This document shows, piece after piece, positions 24,479 to 37,754 of a DNA stretch of 64,000 nucleotides (the first letter of the stretch is position 1; the number at the start of each line of letters is the position of its first letter). The position numbers and the translations under genes are program-made. The DNA is from Lama guanicoe (lineage: Eukaryota), in assembly GCA_013239625.1 (NCBI GenBank), contig MU053304.1, positions 2,232,001-2,296,000 on the forward strand, in the 5' to 3' direction. Under the pieces are notes generated by a model. It was given only the letters and a program-made list of their open reading frames with translations. It had not been told where the DNA came from and searched no databases.

Positions 24479-25384
24479 TTAGTCGACAGGTAGTGGAAAA
24501 GTATTTTGTTTCAGGGGCTGTTCCTTCCCCCTAGACCCAGTTATGAATTAGCACAGTGTAATCTCTAAACAGAAGACATCTAATTTCATCATCTCATTTA
24601 AAAAATAAATTAAATGCAGCTTAGCCTGAATTTTGATTTTTCTTTTAATTTTCTTTTCTTCTTTTTTTCTTCCCCAAACAGCAGGTCAAATGTCAGTGAG
24701 GAATTTGTCCACAGATGTGAGACATAGACATGAATCTCATTTTCAAGGCCTGTCGAACAGACTAAAGGCAAATATGAAGTATGAGAAAAGGACTTTAACA
24801 TGTGATTATGGAGACTTAAAGGTGATGCTGTAAGAATTGACTGCCACAGATATAACTTCAGTTCTTTCTTGCTTTTAACTGTTTACAGTATTAAGAGAAT
24901 CTCTTGTCAATTTTTGCTTCTCCTTCTTTTGTTATAATTTTTAAAAATTTACCCAAAATAAGTAAAATTCAGGTTGCATGGGAAAGGTCAAAAGCAACAC
25001 CATGGCAGTGAAATGGAGCCCTCCCAAGGCAGATGGGGAGGCTATGATAGGAAAATAGACTGCCTAATATCCATCTGCCGCAGCCACCAATGAAAACTAA
25101 ACTCCTGGCTTCTCTTTTGAAACTCCTCACTAGGTCAAAAAGAAAATAAGAAAATTAACTCAGCATGATGCCTGAAGAGTAAACATTTCGTTTTATTTCC
25201 TTTGCCCCAGGTTTTAGTTGAGCAAACACGTACACAGAAAGTCTCTCATGTGATCCTCACGTCGTCTTGTGTTTTATTAAACATGTGGCAGAGCCTGACA
25301 GAAATCCGACCTGCCAAGGCAGCATTCCCTAAGGGGAGTTCATTACCTTGGTCATTGGTCTACTTTGTCCATTAGCATCTTGAC

Positions 25385-26348
25385 GAAAATACTTGCAAAT
25401 CATAAAGCCGATAAGAGGTTTGTACCCATAGTATATAAAGAAATCTTACTACTCTGATAAAAAAGGACAAATACCCAATTTTAAAAATGGGCAGATTATT
25501 TACATAGACATTTCTCCCAAGGAAAAAGTACAAGTTATCAATATGCACATGAAATACAAGACACTCAAAGTCTTTTAACAAAAGGGAAATGCAAATCAAA
25601 ACTATTGCCCGCGCTAGGATGGCTAGAATCAAAAAGACAGATAATAAGAAGTGTTGGTGAGGATTTGGGGAAAGTGAAACCCTTATTCACAGCTGATGGG
25701 AATGGGAAATGGTACAGCCACTTTGGAAAACACACTGGCAGTGCCTTAAAAAGTTAAACTAGAGTTATTTTATCACCCAGAAATTCCATTCTTAGGAAAA
25801 ATATCCAAGAGAAAGAATCCCCAAAGAAATGAAAATGTATGCCTCCCAAAAACTTGTACACAAAGATTCATAGTAGCATTATTCACATTAGCCGAAAAGT
25901 GCAAACAACCCAAATATCCACCAAGTGATGGTGGATAAACTAAATGTGGTATATCCATAAAATGGAAAATTATTTGGCAATAGAAAGAAATGAAGCACTG
26001 ATACCTATTATAACACAGATAAACCTTGAAAACATGATGCTAAGTAAAAGAAGCCAGTCACAAAAGACCATATATGATATAATTCCATTTATATGAAATG
26101 TCCTAATGGACAAATCTATAGAGAAAGATAGTAGATTAGCGTTTGCCTGGGGCTGGGCAAGGGTCAGTGGGCAGCGGGAGTGACTGACGACAGGTACAGG
26201 GTTTCTTTTTGGAGGGATGAAAATGTTCTAAAATTAGGTTGTGGTTGTGACTGCACAACTCTAAATACCTAAGAACCATTGAGCTGTACATTTTAAATGA
26301 GTAAATTGTATGTTATATGAATTGTATCTCAAAAAGCCTTTTTTAAAG
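25385..26348 (+). mobile_element. L1MB-like ORF2 3' part plus 3'UTR
   Basis: aatacttgcaaatcat, agacatttctcccaag, gtgttggtgaggat, gtacagccactttggaaaac, aaccttgaaaacatgatgctaagtaaaagaagccagtcacaaaag, tgaattgtatctcaa. Confidence 0.9.
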
Positions 26349-27299
26349 TAAGGTGGATTTCACCCAGCTCCAATACTGAAATATAACCCTGCCTTGGAGG
26401 GTTTGCTGGCTCAGGAGTTAATAATGCTGTACGTTTCTGATTCAAAGTCATCTGCTATGGAACTGGTAACAGCTCCCAGCCGTTCCAGCGATCGCCTTCT
26501 CAGCACCTCGCTCTGTTCCCCTTCTGCAGCATCCACACTGAGATGTCTCACTTCTTGCTTCAGGGCAGAAGGCTGGCTAAAAGTTCATAATATTTGCTAA
26601 TGAACTTGCTTGAAATACTGTATGGAAGCCCTCAAGCCTCATTTCCAGTAGTGACTATGGTGGACTCGCTTTCCTTCAATATCCTCTACACATGCCGGCT
26701 GCCCACTTCACCAGTGAGCACTGCTGGCTGTGTGATGCTGGAACAGTCTAGAGCTTTCTCTTATCTGAGTGTCTTTGCTCTGGGTCTTGGCTTCACTGTA
26801 GGGTAGCGCACACTCCAATGATCAACCAGAATTCTCCAGGCACGATGGCCTTGGGGAAAGGAGTTGATGCAAATCCCTTTCAGAGGAAAGAGTAACTTCC
26901 TGCTTGGGATTCCAGTGGAAAACCATTTAGTCTCACTATGCACCTTTTTTCACTATCTATGTACTGCCATTGGACTTTCTTCATGTAGAGCCTCACTTAG
27001 ATATGACTGTTGAAGCCATTAAGCCTAATATTGTATGGACTACACTTATTTAAATGTTGTAGGCACATAATAAGTTTTGTTGAGCTAATTAATTAATAAT
27101 TGTGTAGAAACCATCTCTCTGCTACTTTATGCAAAAGACACCTGGACTGTTTTAAATTATATAAAGGTTTTCACTAACTTTTCAGCTATAGAAACTTTCA
27201 GTTAGAATCTACTGTAAACTATAAGGAACGCAAATGTGATTCTATTAGAGATGTTTATGAAAGCTGCATTTTTATTAGAAATGACAGTCTAGCTCTTTG

Positions 27300-27612
27300 C
27301 ACAGGTCATTCTCTAACTTCATTCAGGTGTCGTCTTGATGAGACCGTTTTGTTGTCTCCTTCCCTGACCACCTGTCAAAAACCAAAGTCTCTTATTACTC
27401 TCTATCCTTTCACACTCCTTTGTTTTCTCTACAGCCATAATCACTGCCTGTTTTCTACTAAATTTATTTCTATACTGTGTATCTCTTCTATAGGCTGTAA
27501 GCCTCATTAGGACAGGACTTTGTTCGTCTTTCTTGCTTTTCTGTCCTTAGCACGTTGACCACTGTCTGGCTTCTTGCAGGTACTCAATAAGCGTTTACTG
27601 AATGAACAAACA
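27300..27612 (+). mobile_element. L2 3' end
   Basis: ccttccctgaccacc, ggctgtaagcctcattaggacaggac, gcaggtactcaataagcgtttactgaatgaa. Confidence 0.8.
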
Positions 27613-27769
27613 GATGTCACACACATACACACTCACACACTTCTCTCCCCAGAATATAATTTGAGAAGAGAGCCCCACGGAGCATAGAATGAGTGAATAC
27701 TCCCATTTCTCAATTGTGACTACTCATTACCCAGCTTCTAGAAACCTAGGATCATGCTGGCCAAGTAGA

Positions 27770-27900
27770 GGGAATGTCAAAGTTTGGGAGGACCTTATCC
27801 AGCTCCTTTTCCTAATGAGGAGACTGAGGGTCCAAGTGGTGAAGGGACTCTCTCTTGATCACAAAAAAGGGACAGAGCAAAAGCTATACCTCAGATGATG
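27770..27900 (-). mobile_element. MIR fragment
   Basis: atgaggagactgagggtccaagtggtgaagggact..gatcaca is the antisense MIR core. Confidence 0.55.
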
Positions 27901-28509
27901 TGATTCCTAAGTTGCATGGTTCTCGAAGTTAGAATGTGTAGAAAAACTCTGAAGTCCTAGTGGAATGTTTAGCCCTTTTACTGATCGTGAGGGTAACATA
28001 TTTTAATTTCAACACAGATGTCAGCTAGGGAAACTTGCTCCTGTGAGATTCAAATATAACTGGCTAGACCCCATCTCCCATGTGGTACTCAGAGATTTAC
28101 AGGTGAAGGGAGAAGAGAGGTGGCTCTCTATTCCTTCTCGATCCCAATTAGTTCAAGGTCATTGACTTCCTTGTATTTGCTGCTCCTCTGCCACCTCATC
28201 ATGCCCCCAAGTGGCTGCTCTAGGAATTTTGTTAAAGGAGAAATGACACCATTCCTTTGGGGGGCAAGAGTGGCTTCCCGTCAGTGGAGCTTTAAAAAAA
28301 CAATAAGTCACCCGAAGTTAAGCATTTGAGTTATTCTCACCGACTGACTGCTACTGTTTTAGGATGTTAACTGTGTTAGGGTGCTAAACTCTTCAGGCAT
28401 CGTCCTGACGAAGTAATGCAGTGCTCTCGTAGAGAAGGATGGTGCAATTAGGGAGTGCACCCACTGCAGTGGGGATCTTGATCTGGCCAGGTGTTAACAG
28501 TAGAGATTT

Positions 28510-28622
28510 ACACAAATTCATTGATTTCTTTAAGCTATAGCTTCTGGACTGTAAAATAGAGACAATAGTACTTACTCTGTAGGGTAGTGAGAATTAAATG
28601 AGGTAATACATGTGAAAGCTTT
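28510..28622 (+). mobile_element. MIR fragment
   Basis: ctgtaaaatagagacaatagtacttactctgtagggtagtgagaattaaatgaggtaatacatgtgaaagc. Confidence 0.75.
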
Positions 28623-28845
28623 GTTATAGAAGGTCCCACGCAAATAACATCACCATGGCCACAGCACACCCTTTTGTGGTAGTTTTACTTCTTTAGAAAA
28701 TGACTACGTGAACTCCCCAAGCTTCCTGTCCAAAGGCATTGCTCCTTGGGAGTTGAAACTCTGAAAATAATATTCCCTCTGGAGTGCAAAAGGTGGTTCA
28801 GGTAAAGAAAACAAATTATGTGTAATAAGTTAGAAAGCAACTTGA

Positions 28846-28992
28846 CTATTGTGAGTAGCACTGCTGTGAACGATGGGGTGCATGTATCTTTTCACAGCAG
28901 CACTATTTACAGCAGCCAAGACATGGAAGCAACCTGAATGTTCATTGACAGACGACTGGATAAAGAAGTTGAGGTGTATGTGTACACACACA

Positions 28993-29030
<38 letters not shown>

Positions 29031-29444
29031 GGAATACTGCAGCCATAAAAAAAGAAAAAAATCGTTTGCAGTGGATGGACCTAGAGATTATCATACTAAG
29101 TGAAGTAAGTCAGACACAGAAAGACAAATATCATATGATATCATTTCTATGTGGAATCTATAAAATGAACTTATTTACAAAACGGAAACATTCTCACCGA
29201 CAACAAACTTATGGTCACTAGTGGGGGACGTCGGGGAGGGATAAATTAGGAATCTGAGATTGCAGATCCTAACTACTATATATAAAAAAGGAAAACACCA
29301 AGATCTTACTACTTAGCATGGGGAACTATATTCCCTGTGTTGTTAAAGAATTTAAAAAATTATATATATATAGTGGATCAAAGTGCTGCACACCAGGAAC
29401 TAGCACAGCATTCTACATCAACTGTACTTCAATTAAAAAAAAAC
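28846..29444 (+). mobile_element. 5'-inverted (twin-primed) L1 insertion with TSD
   Basis: TSD agcaacttga at 28836-28845 and 29445-29454; 28846-28891 is antisense L1; sense L1 from 28891 (FTAALFTAAKTWKQP) to tacttcaattaaaaaaaaa; internal (CA)n at about 28984-29027. Confidence 0.92.
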
Positions 29445-30269
29445 AGCAACTTGAGGAATAGTCCGCCCCGGATGGATTATTTTGAGCAGGTAAGCGTAGT
29501 TTCATAAAATTGGCTGAATACGTGTGTTCCAGACTCTTCTGCTGCTGAGCTAGACAAGATTTCTTTTCATCGTTACGCTGGTCAAGATCTCAGGTTTTTA
29601 TTGACGTGCAAAAAAACCCCCAACATTTCACTGGCAGAGATCCTACCCTTCTTAGTAGGATTAACATATTTTTGCCTTCTGGATATATTTTACTTTAAAT
29701 CCTTTTATGTTGAATACTTTCCTGCTAAGAAACAACATGTTAACACTACTTGAATACCTATTCAAGTAGGCACATTTGATTGCTTTCTCATTTGTGTTCC
29801 TTTTGCTGTTACAAAGCTTTGCCATCGTAGCATCTCAAAATATGGGATCAGTAGGATTGCCTTTCTCCTTCCTAGAAGAAAGACTGGGATGGGGAGCTAT
29901 TAAATGACTCACTGTTGGTCTCAGGGCTGGTAAGTGATCGAGCTAGGATTTTTTCCTTCTCTGTTATAATACTAATGACATCCTCCCGGCATTCTCCTGA
30001 CACACATGCATGGGAATAAGTAGAAATGAAGAACCCTTCGTTAAGCCCGGAGAAGTACACTAAAATATTGTGTAGTGCCACCAATCCTGAGTGGGGGAGA
30101 CTTTTCAGATGAAACACCACTTTGTTTTTTCTTTTGTTAATCTGTGTCTACATTGGTAGGACAATGTAGATGGATGGATGGGAAAAGAGATGGATGATGT
30201 GAACACAGAAGGAAATAGAAAAAGAAATTGACCAAATCTCATTTCCTTCCCATGTATTAATTTTCTCAT

Positions 30270-31640
30270 TAATTTTTTTTTTTTAGTGTTAACTATATGC
30301 CAGGCTCTGTTTTAGTCACGGAAGATACAGGGGTGAAGAAAGTTGTTCTAGCCTCATGGAACTTCAGGTCTATTGAGAGAGCCAGGAAGGCAGTGGATTA
30401 TTACCCACTCAATAACTATGATTGCAATGAGTACATGCTTAACAGGAAAATACAGGATACCATGAGCCCCTATAACAGGGCATCTCAAGTGAGCATGGGA
30501 GTTGGGGAAGTCTCCTGAAGAAGTACTGTTAGCTAAGATGAGAAATCTGAGCACAGTGTGGCAGGTGGTGAAGCCTTTGTGGCAGAAAGGGCGGAAGGAG
30601 TCCAGGCAAAGACAAGAAAATGGGCAAAGATCCTGAGGTAGCAAGAATCTTGGCATCTCTGAGACACAGAGAGGCTGAAGTGAGAGAGCAAGTGGAGAGA
30701 GATGACAGAGCTAAGTAAGTAACGATGCTCTTTGGTCCTGGTCTTGAAAGAGCCTTGGTGATGATGCAGAAGGCGCTCTATTGTAGAGTAGTGGGAAATG
30801 ATGACAAAGCTCTGAGCAGACAGGAGGCATCAACACTGGATGTAGAGAAAGGAAGGATGGAGAAAGGCAGGGCTGCCTGAGAGACCTGTTTGGAGATTTT
30901 TGCAGTAACTCAGGGGAGCGATGATGTTGGCTTTGACTGGGGATGTGGCAGTAGAGAGAGGCACGTTAGATCTGAACTGTACTGCAGGGGCAGACTTGAT
31001 TGGAGGTGAGGCCTGAGGGAGAGGAAAATTTCCGTGATGACTCCTTGGACTGGGGCATGGGAGAACGGTGGTACGACATGACTCCAGGTACGACATCTTT
31101 ACTGATAAGAAGATGACCAGAAGAACAAGTTTTTTTTTGTTTGTTGGTTGGTTGGTTGGTTTGTTTTTTGGTGGACGAGCAACACAGGAGTTACCTTTTG
31201 GACCAACCAAGTTTGATATGTGAGCCACTAAAATAGACATCAGTCTTGACTGTATTGATCCAAGGCTCAGAATAGAGACATAGCCAAATATACATAGCCA
31301 CGCTATCCAATTAGAGATGGTGTGTAAATCCATGTGGGATTATGAGGTCATCAAAGAGAAAAGCCAGATGAGAGAAGAGGGCTCAGGCTGTGTCCCAAGG
31401 GATAGCTGCTTGATGTGTTAAGATGTGCATTACAAGAGATCATGTCTGGTAAGGGTTAGGGGAGGCATGACAGAGTTGCAGGCAATATTTAGAGATTAGG
31501 AGAAGAACCTCACAGAGGAACCTGGGAACATGCATCCAGGGTGGCAGGTGAAAAGCCAGGAGAGTGTGATGTTGCGGAATGCAAAGCAAAATGTGTGAGA
31601 TGCTGCTGAGGGTGGTGGAGGTAGGATGTGATACCATTAG
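30270..31640 (-). mobile_element. Long L2 remnant
   Basis: actatatgccaggctctgtttt, gcctcatggaacttcaggtcta, ttggaccaaccaagtttgatatg, purine-rich antisense L2 texture; short (TTGG)n at about 31143-31160. Confidence 0.75.
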
Positions 31641-32549
31641 GATAGTGGGTACCCAAAGTCAAATTGGGTTCAACACTCAAGCGTAAGGTCTCAGGATCTG
31701 GTTTTTCTCTAACGTCTCAGTGGCTCATTTCTAAGCTATGCAGAATTCCCCCTACTGAATATATCTAATGACTAAAATGATTTATTTTTTGGAATTTCAT
31801 TTGCAAGCCAGTTGGAAGGTAGAATGAAACACATGAAGCAATGAAAAGCTGAACTCAGTTGACTTGCCTCTGGATTTGGAACCAGCAGAAATCCACGCAG
31901 TAACTTTTTCTAAATGCTGTTTTGGACTGTTAAATTGAAGGTCTTGACAAAATAAAATATTGAAACTAGCCTTTCCAGGCTTACTAGATGAAGCGGGGCA
32001 TGTCTGGTGTGTCATTTTTGTGAGCTGAGGTTCCCATAGTTCCCCGACAGGCTTTTGAGTCCTGACTGAATAGGGCAGCATTGAAAGAACAAGATTTGGG
32101 TGAAAGATTTTTTAAACAAAGATTAGGAAACAATACTACTCGAAGAATTCATACCGTGTATTTCCTCTTCTTGAATCCTCCTTGGAGATGGGTAACTTAC
32201 AGTACATTTTTGAAAATGCTCAAATTTGGGGTTGGTTTTATAGAACCTCCTTTAACTTTAAGGACCTCTCACAGCTGAGTGAAGAGTGTAGCTGCTTGTC
32301 TTGGTTGACTGAGTTCTTCATATAAAAGAGCAGCATGAAGTAAGAAACTGGAATCTCACTTGGCTCTAAATTGTAGATATTCTATTATTCTTCCAAAAAA
32401 TTAAGATGAATGCAAATCTAAACTCTTGACTTTTTAAACCTTTCAATAATAACATACGACAAATAAGGAAAGAAACAACAACCTTTTACCTTTCAAGTTA
32501 AATTAGGTCTGTAATTGACTAAGAGGCAGGAGACTTGACTTTTATGGCT

Positions 32550-33060
32550 CCAACAAAAATTTATGGAAAATACATTGTGCAGATTCTTAAGAGATTCTTA
32601 AGACACAGATCCTGACTTCAGGGGTTTCACATTTCAATTAGAGAAGGCAAGTCCATAGAAATAATTGTAGAACAAGGGGGTAATTTCTATTACAAAGATG
32701 TGTTTCAGGAACTCAGAGGAAGGACGTGGAATAGCATAGGGAAGGATTCACAGAAGATGCAACAGTATGAGCTCCGTCACGTTGAAGAGTCAATGTGACA
32801 AGTAAAAGGTCTCAGAGGGAGGTCATTTGGCACGAAGTTACATCTAGCAGAACGGAAGAGGATGTCAAAGTAGAGAGGGCCCAGACTGTGAAGGATCTGC
32901 AGGCCAAGTCAAGGAGCTACTGAAAACTTTCAGACAGTTGCTTAGCAGGTAATTTATGCATTAGGGGAGGACACCAAGGTTAGAGTGAGGAGCGGGTCTG
33001 GAGGCAGGGAGACTGGAAAAGATACTATTGCGGTGGTCCAGGGGTGCTATGGAGAAAATG
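32550..33060 (-). mobile_element. L2 remnant
   Basis: acacagatcctgacttcagggg, gggcccagactgtgaaggatctgcaggccaagtcaaggag, ggaggcagggagactgga..tactattgcggtggtccagg. Confidence 0.6.
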
Positions 33061-33155
33061 AGCAGTGGAAAGATGGCTGTACCTCTCAGAAGCACCGCTA
33101 AGGAATGAGACAAAAAAAAAAAAAAAGATCTGGGCTATAAATTCAGTTTTGTCAC

Positions 33156-33527
33156 TATCTTAGAGTTCTCCGGAGAAGAGAGAAACTTATTTGAAGAAAC
33201 TGGCAGACATAATTGTAGTGGCTGGCAAGTCTAAAAGATACAGAGTGGGCCGGCAGGCTGCAGACCCAGGATGTGGTGATGCTGCAAGTTCAAGTCCAAA
33301 GGCCATCTCCTGGTGGAATTCCTTCCTGATCAGGGAGGTCAGCTTTTTCCTATTCAGACTGTCACCTGATCGAATGAAGCCCATCCCATCGTGGAGGGTA
33401 ATCTGCTTTATTCAAGTCTGCTGCTGGAAACGTTAATTTCACCTAAAAAAATAATGCCTTCCCAGCAACACCCAAATATTTGGGTACTGTGGTCCAGCCA
33501 AGTTGATTCATAAAATTAACCATCACA
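33156..33527 (-). mobile_element. ERVL solo LTR (MLT2D/MLT2B-like)
   Basis: ggctggcaagtctaaa, ggcaggctgcagacccagg, ggagggtaatctgctttattcaagtc, ccagccaagttgattcataaaattaaccatcaca terminus. Confidence 0.88.
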
Positions 33528-36500
33528 GTAGCTAAAGGCTTAGGTGAGTGAAAGCAAAAATTACTTTCAATTTCCGGGTCCTCTCCCAGCTCCCACACAT
33601 AAAATTATGACATTGGACTAGGTACCATCTAAGATCTATTCTAGCTTTGAACAAAATACTTTTATTCTTTCTTTGCCACCAAGTCAAGAATGGATGTTGC
33701 CTAATTCATTCTGAGATTCTAGAATTTTAGATCCACAAGATACCTTTGGTATCTGTCAGTACGTTCATATTACAGATGAGGAGGTAGGGGGACTTGCTCA
33801 GCTATACAGATAGGTGATTCCATTGCTGTCACGTCAGCATGCCATGCTGTGCAGTGGCAATGTTCTGCCAAAGCGCACTACATCAGATGTCTGTAGCTTA
33901 AACCATGTTTGAAGTCTGCTAGGAAATTTTCCTACTTAAAAGAGCCCTCACCTGGGTTCTGGTGGAAAGTCAGATGTCAGCACACATTACTGGATTTTGC
34001 TGTGGTAGAGATCCTGGGTATGGAGAGAGAATTTTTCAAGGCCACAAAGTGAAACATTGTTCCTGTTACCAGGCTGAATCAGTCAATGCTGGGGAAAGGG
34101 AGTTTCACGTGCAGCAGCAGCGTCTCTGAGCTGATTTTAGGGGCCCGTGGCTCCCCTCCAGGTGTGAGGCTTTCAGAGATAAACTAGCTCATTTTAGAAA
34201 CACTTTACTCCTTTTGTTGAAGAGAAGCATTCCTAGATGCGAAGTGTACTGATGCAGCTGAATATATCACTAGAGACGTTTAGGAATTTCAGTGGCGAAC
34301 CCTAATATGAACGGAAAAATTACTCATCAGAAGTCCTTTCTTGTTGGCAGAGAAATTGGAAGAATGTCTAATTGACTCAAAGCTTTTTTGTTCTTTCCGA
34401 CCTGCCTAGGGTGAGATTTTGTTTAATTTTGTTTTGCAGAAGGTATATGTGGACCAGCGTGGGCTGAGAGCTTTGAAAGGATGAAATAGTTTTAGCATCG
34501 AAACAATAGTTGTGAAGCTCTTAACACGGCTAGTGGACGTTTTTGAATCAGTTATCGCATGCCATCCAATGGTTGGAGCAACGTACAATTTCCTGTCCTA
34601 CAGCTCGAAAGATTTTAGGACCTTCAAGCTCTAATCTTCTCCCTCAATCATAGCAATTTGAGCAGGACATTCATCTTTGAAACCTCTGGCTGGCTTTTCT
34701 CTTTTCTTGCTTAAGCTCACTAGAATTTTGTCTCTGACATTGTGAGACAATTTTTGAAAGATGATTTCCAAGTTATTTCAAATTACGTTCCTTCTTATTT
34801 TGGTGTCATTTAATTTATCATATAATCGGGACTTTAGGCTCACTGCTGCCCGTGGATGGACTGTTTTAAATCTGTTTCATTTCTTAATAAGTATATCCCT
34901 TATTAAAAGGCTTAAAAGGATTTAAAATATGTCCATTACAATTTTTAATCCTCTGTCTCATTTTGGAACATTATTTCTGTTGCTTTGTGGACATGGAGTA
35001 TTCAATCTGTGCAGAAAAACAAAAGATAAGAAAAGGAATTCATTTTCTGTAACTTAAGTTGGGGTATTGGGAGGCAAAAGGGGTCCAGTTTGAATTCCTT
35101 TGCCTTAACCCCATATCTTTTCTCCATCCTTTTAATTTTTTTAAAAGGCAAATTTCAAATAAATATATAATACTCTAATTCCTATGTTCTCAGAGCACCT
35201 CTCCTGCCTCCACCCACCTTACTCAATCTTGCCTTCTCCCAGCACAGACTTTTCCCTTTAGATGGGACCCCCATCCTTGTCCTGACCGCTCCTGAGTTTG
35301 GTTCCTGGTGGCTTGGCTTTCCCAGCAGTGGGTGCACTGCGGTCACTCCCACACCCAAATCTGGCTCTAGTCTCTCCAGTCCAGCTGAGTCCTCATCCAC
35401 CCCCATGGCCGGGCATCCCTGGCACGTGCCAGAGGACAAGGAACAAGGACGCAGAGCACATCAAACCGAAGATCAGGTTACTCTGTCAGAGGGCCTTTAA
35501 CATCGACCTAAGAGTGTTGCCGTGTTCCAAAGGCACGGGGCACTGAGCTTGCCTTGCGGGTGGGAATCCGGGCATCTTCCCAGTGGATGAGATTCTCACA
35601 GCAAACACAGGCAGGTGGAGCCGCTCCTCCAGGTGTGGGACAACTGAGTGGAGTCCTTGTTAATATGTTTTGTATAATGAGGTGGAGTACCTTAAACTGC
35701 TCAGATATTGGAAGAAAACACTTTGGTTTGTAACATAGGGCAGCTGCAGTGACAGAATCTGTTGTCCCTGATGCACTGCAGCCCTGGCTGGACAATACAT
35801 GCAGCTGCTGTTTACTCATCAGATACAGATCAGCTGGATCTGCCTTTTGCTTCCCTTAACCCCGCGGGACGCCAAGCCTCGCCTTGGTGTAGTGGATTCC
35901 AGGTATCACATCTGTGTTCTTTGGATGCGTGTGTTCTGATTAAACAAATAAAATACAATCATCTCAAATAATCATAAAAATAGATCACATTTCCCTTTTC
36001 TATTCATGAGGATTATGCCACTGACGGCCCCCCTCCCATAACTCACCCCCCGGGGTGATTTTGGGGGTGATACTGATGGAGGTCCTAAATCACCCATTGT
36101 CTCCCGCCTGATGCCTCCTGGGATGGGGGATATGCATTTGCAGGAAGACTGCTGGGAGGTAACGATGCAGTTTGTGTCTCCTGGCTGGCCCACGTGCGAT
36201 GCAGCTCCACTGCCTTCCATACATTTGCATGCCAACTAATGTGCAGCGGACACACAGGCTTTGCTGCTTCCCTAACTGCCTGGAGAATTCCATGTTATTT
36301 TTCTGACTCCTTGCCATGAACACACAATTGCCACAAACACACAACACACGAACACACACGGACACTCCTTGCCACAGAACAGACTGTATTAGAACTCGAG
36401 AGTTCCTGTAGCCTGCAGAAACCGAGCTCGTGGTACCCCTAAAGGTCTCCAACGCCTTGTCTTAGAGAAGGTTCAAAAAAATCTCCTCAAATAGGTGATT

Positions 36501-36889
36501 TGGGTGCTAAATTACCGCCATGGCTTTCATGATGAATTTTTAGCGGAAAATGATTTTGAAATCCAATGTCTGCATTTATCCCTATTTAATCACCAAGACC
36601 TGCACATCTTGGTATTAGTGAGCCTCCTCTCAATATATTTAATGCACTGAATAATAATAATTATTGTTATTGTTATTATTACACTGAATTAATCATGTGA
36701 TATGACCTAAGCATGTCATATATACTTTGCCATTATACAGTTTAATTGATAGAATTGTCTCTTTCAGAAGTGACCCAGTTTTGTCTAATATAATAGTTTC
36801 AGTGCTCCATTATTGACTCTGATTTGTGAGATGCTCCAGGAAGGGAGAGTTCTGGCTTTTTATTTTCACCACCAGTAGCAGGAAGATGA

Positions 36890-37340
36890 ACTGCCCATCA
36901 CTCATAGAGCAAGATCCTTGCTCCTTAGCATGGACCACACAGCTCTCTTCCATGGACTGGTCCCTGCCTGCCCCTCCAGTTTCATTTTAATCACTCTCTA
37001 ACTGCTCCTTTGTGCTCCATGGTTACCAGACCCCAGATTCCTTCATGCCTCTGTGCCTTTGTTTGTGCTGTTCCCTCCCTCAGACTGCCTTTCCCTGTCT
37101 TGTTTGCCAAGACTCCTCTGACTCATTCTTTAAGACTCTGTGTAGACACCACTTCCTCCAGCAAGTGTTCCCTGGCCCCCCAAGGTGGGGCCCTTTTGCA
37201 CCTGAGACCTCCCTTTAATATGGCACTTGCTGAAATCAACCATGTCACTGTCTCCTGTGCTCTGTGCAGGGTGGGGTCGTCATTTGTCACCAGTGCCTTG
37301 GTGTCATCATCTGTCACCAAGGGCAGTGTGCTCACAAATG
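36890..37340 (+). mobile_element. L2 remnant
   Basis: tgcctctgtgcctttgtttgtgctgttccctcc, actcattctttaagactc, accacttcctccagcaagtgttccctg. Confidence 0.7.
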
Positions 37341-37754
37341 GTGGCTTCAGAGGGCGATCACCAGCTGAGCTGTCATGGGAGCACTGGGCTCTTCTAATAA
37401 ACTGAGTTAATAATGGATCAGAGCCACAGCTGCAAAGATAATTAAAAAAACGTGCTGCTTCTGATCCCTTGGATTTCTCAGTCTAACTCTTTCCTAGGAG
37501 TCTGACCCAGTTAGAAAATATTACACTCAATAAATACAGTGAAACACATAAAATATTCTTTTTCATTTTCTTTCTTTCTTTCTTTCTTTTTTCTTTTTAA
37601 TTTCAAGACCATCTACTTTTCTCTTGCCAAAGTCAAGGGAGCTGAGAAGGGTAAAGCATGCGTGTGGCTGTGCATGTTTCATGAATTTCTGGCCTTTCTT
37701 GTTTCGAGGTGGTGTAGTTCCACAGCCATTGAAAACACTGTCAAGTAAATACTC

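Noticed and set aside
30350..30378. Similarity to miR-28-5p (…gtctattgag); also aaggagctt at about 55322 resembling miR-708/miR-28 5' ends
   Set aside because: The 30350 match is ordinary L2 sequence from which these miRNAs derive and the 55322 match is too short; no matching hairpin arm or full mature match
30830..31333. 167-aa minus-strand ORF
   Set aside because: It lies within a decayed L2 (L2 sense strand) and includes a microsatellite-derived NQPT repeat
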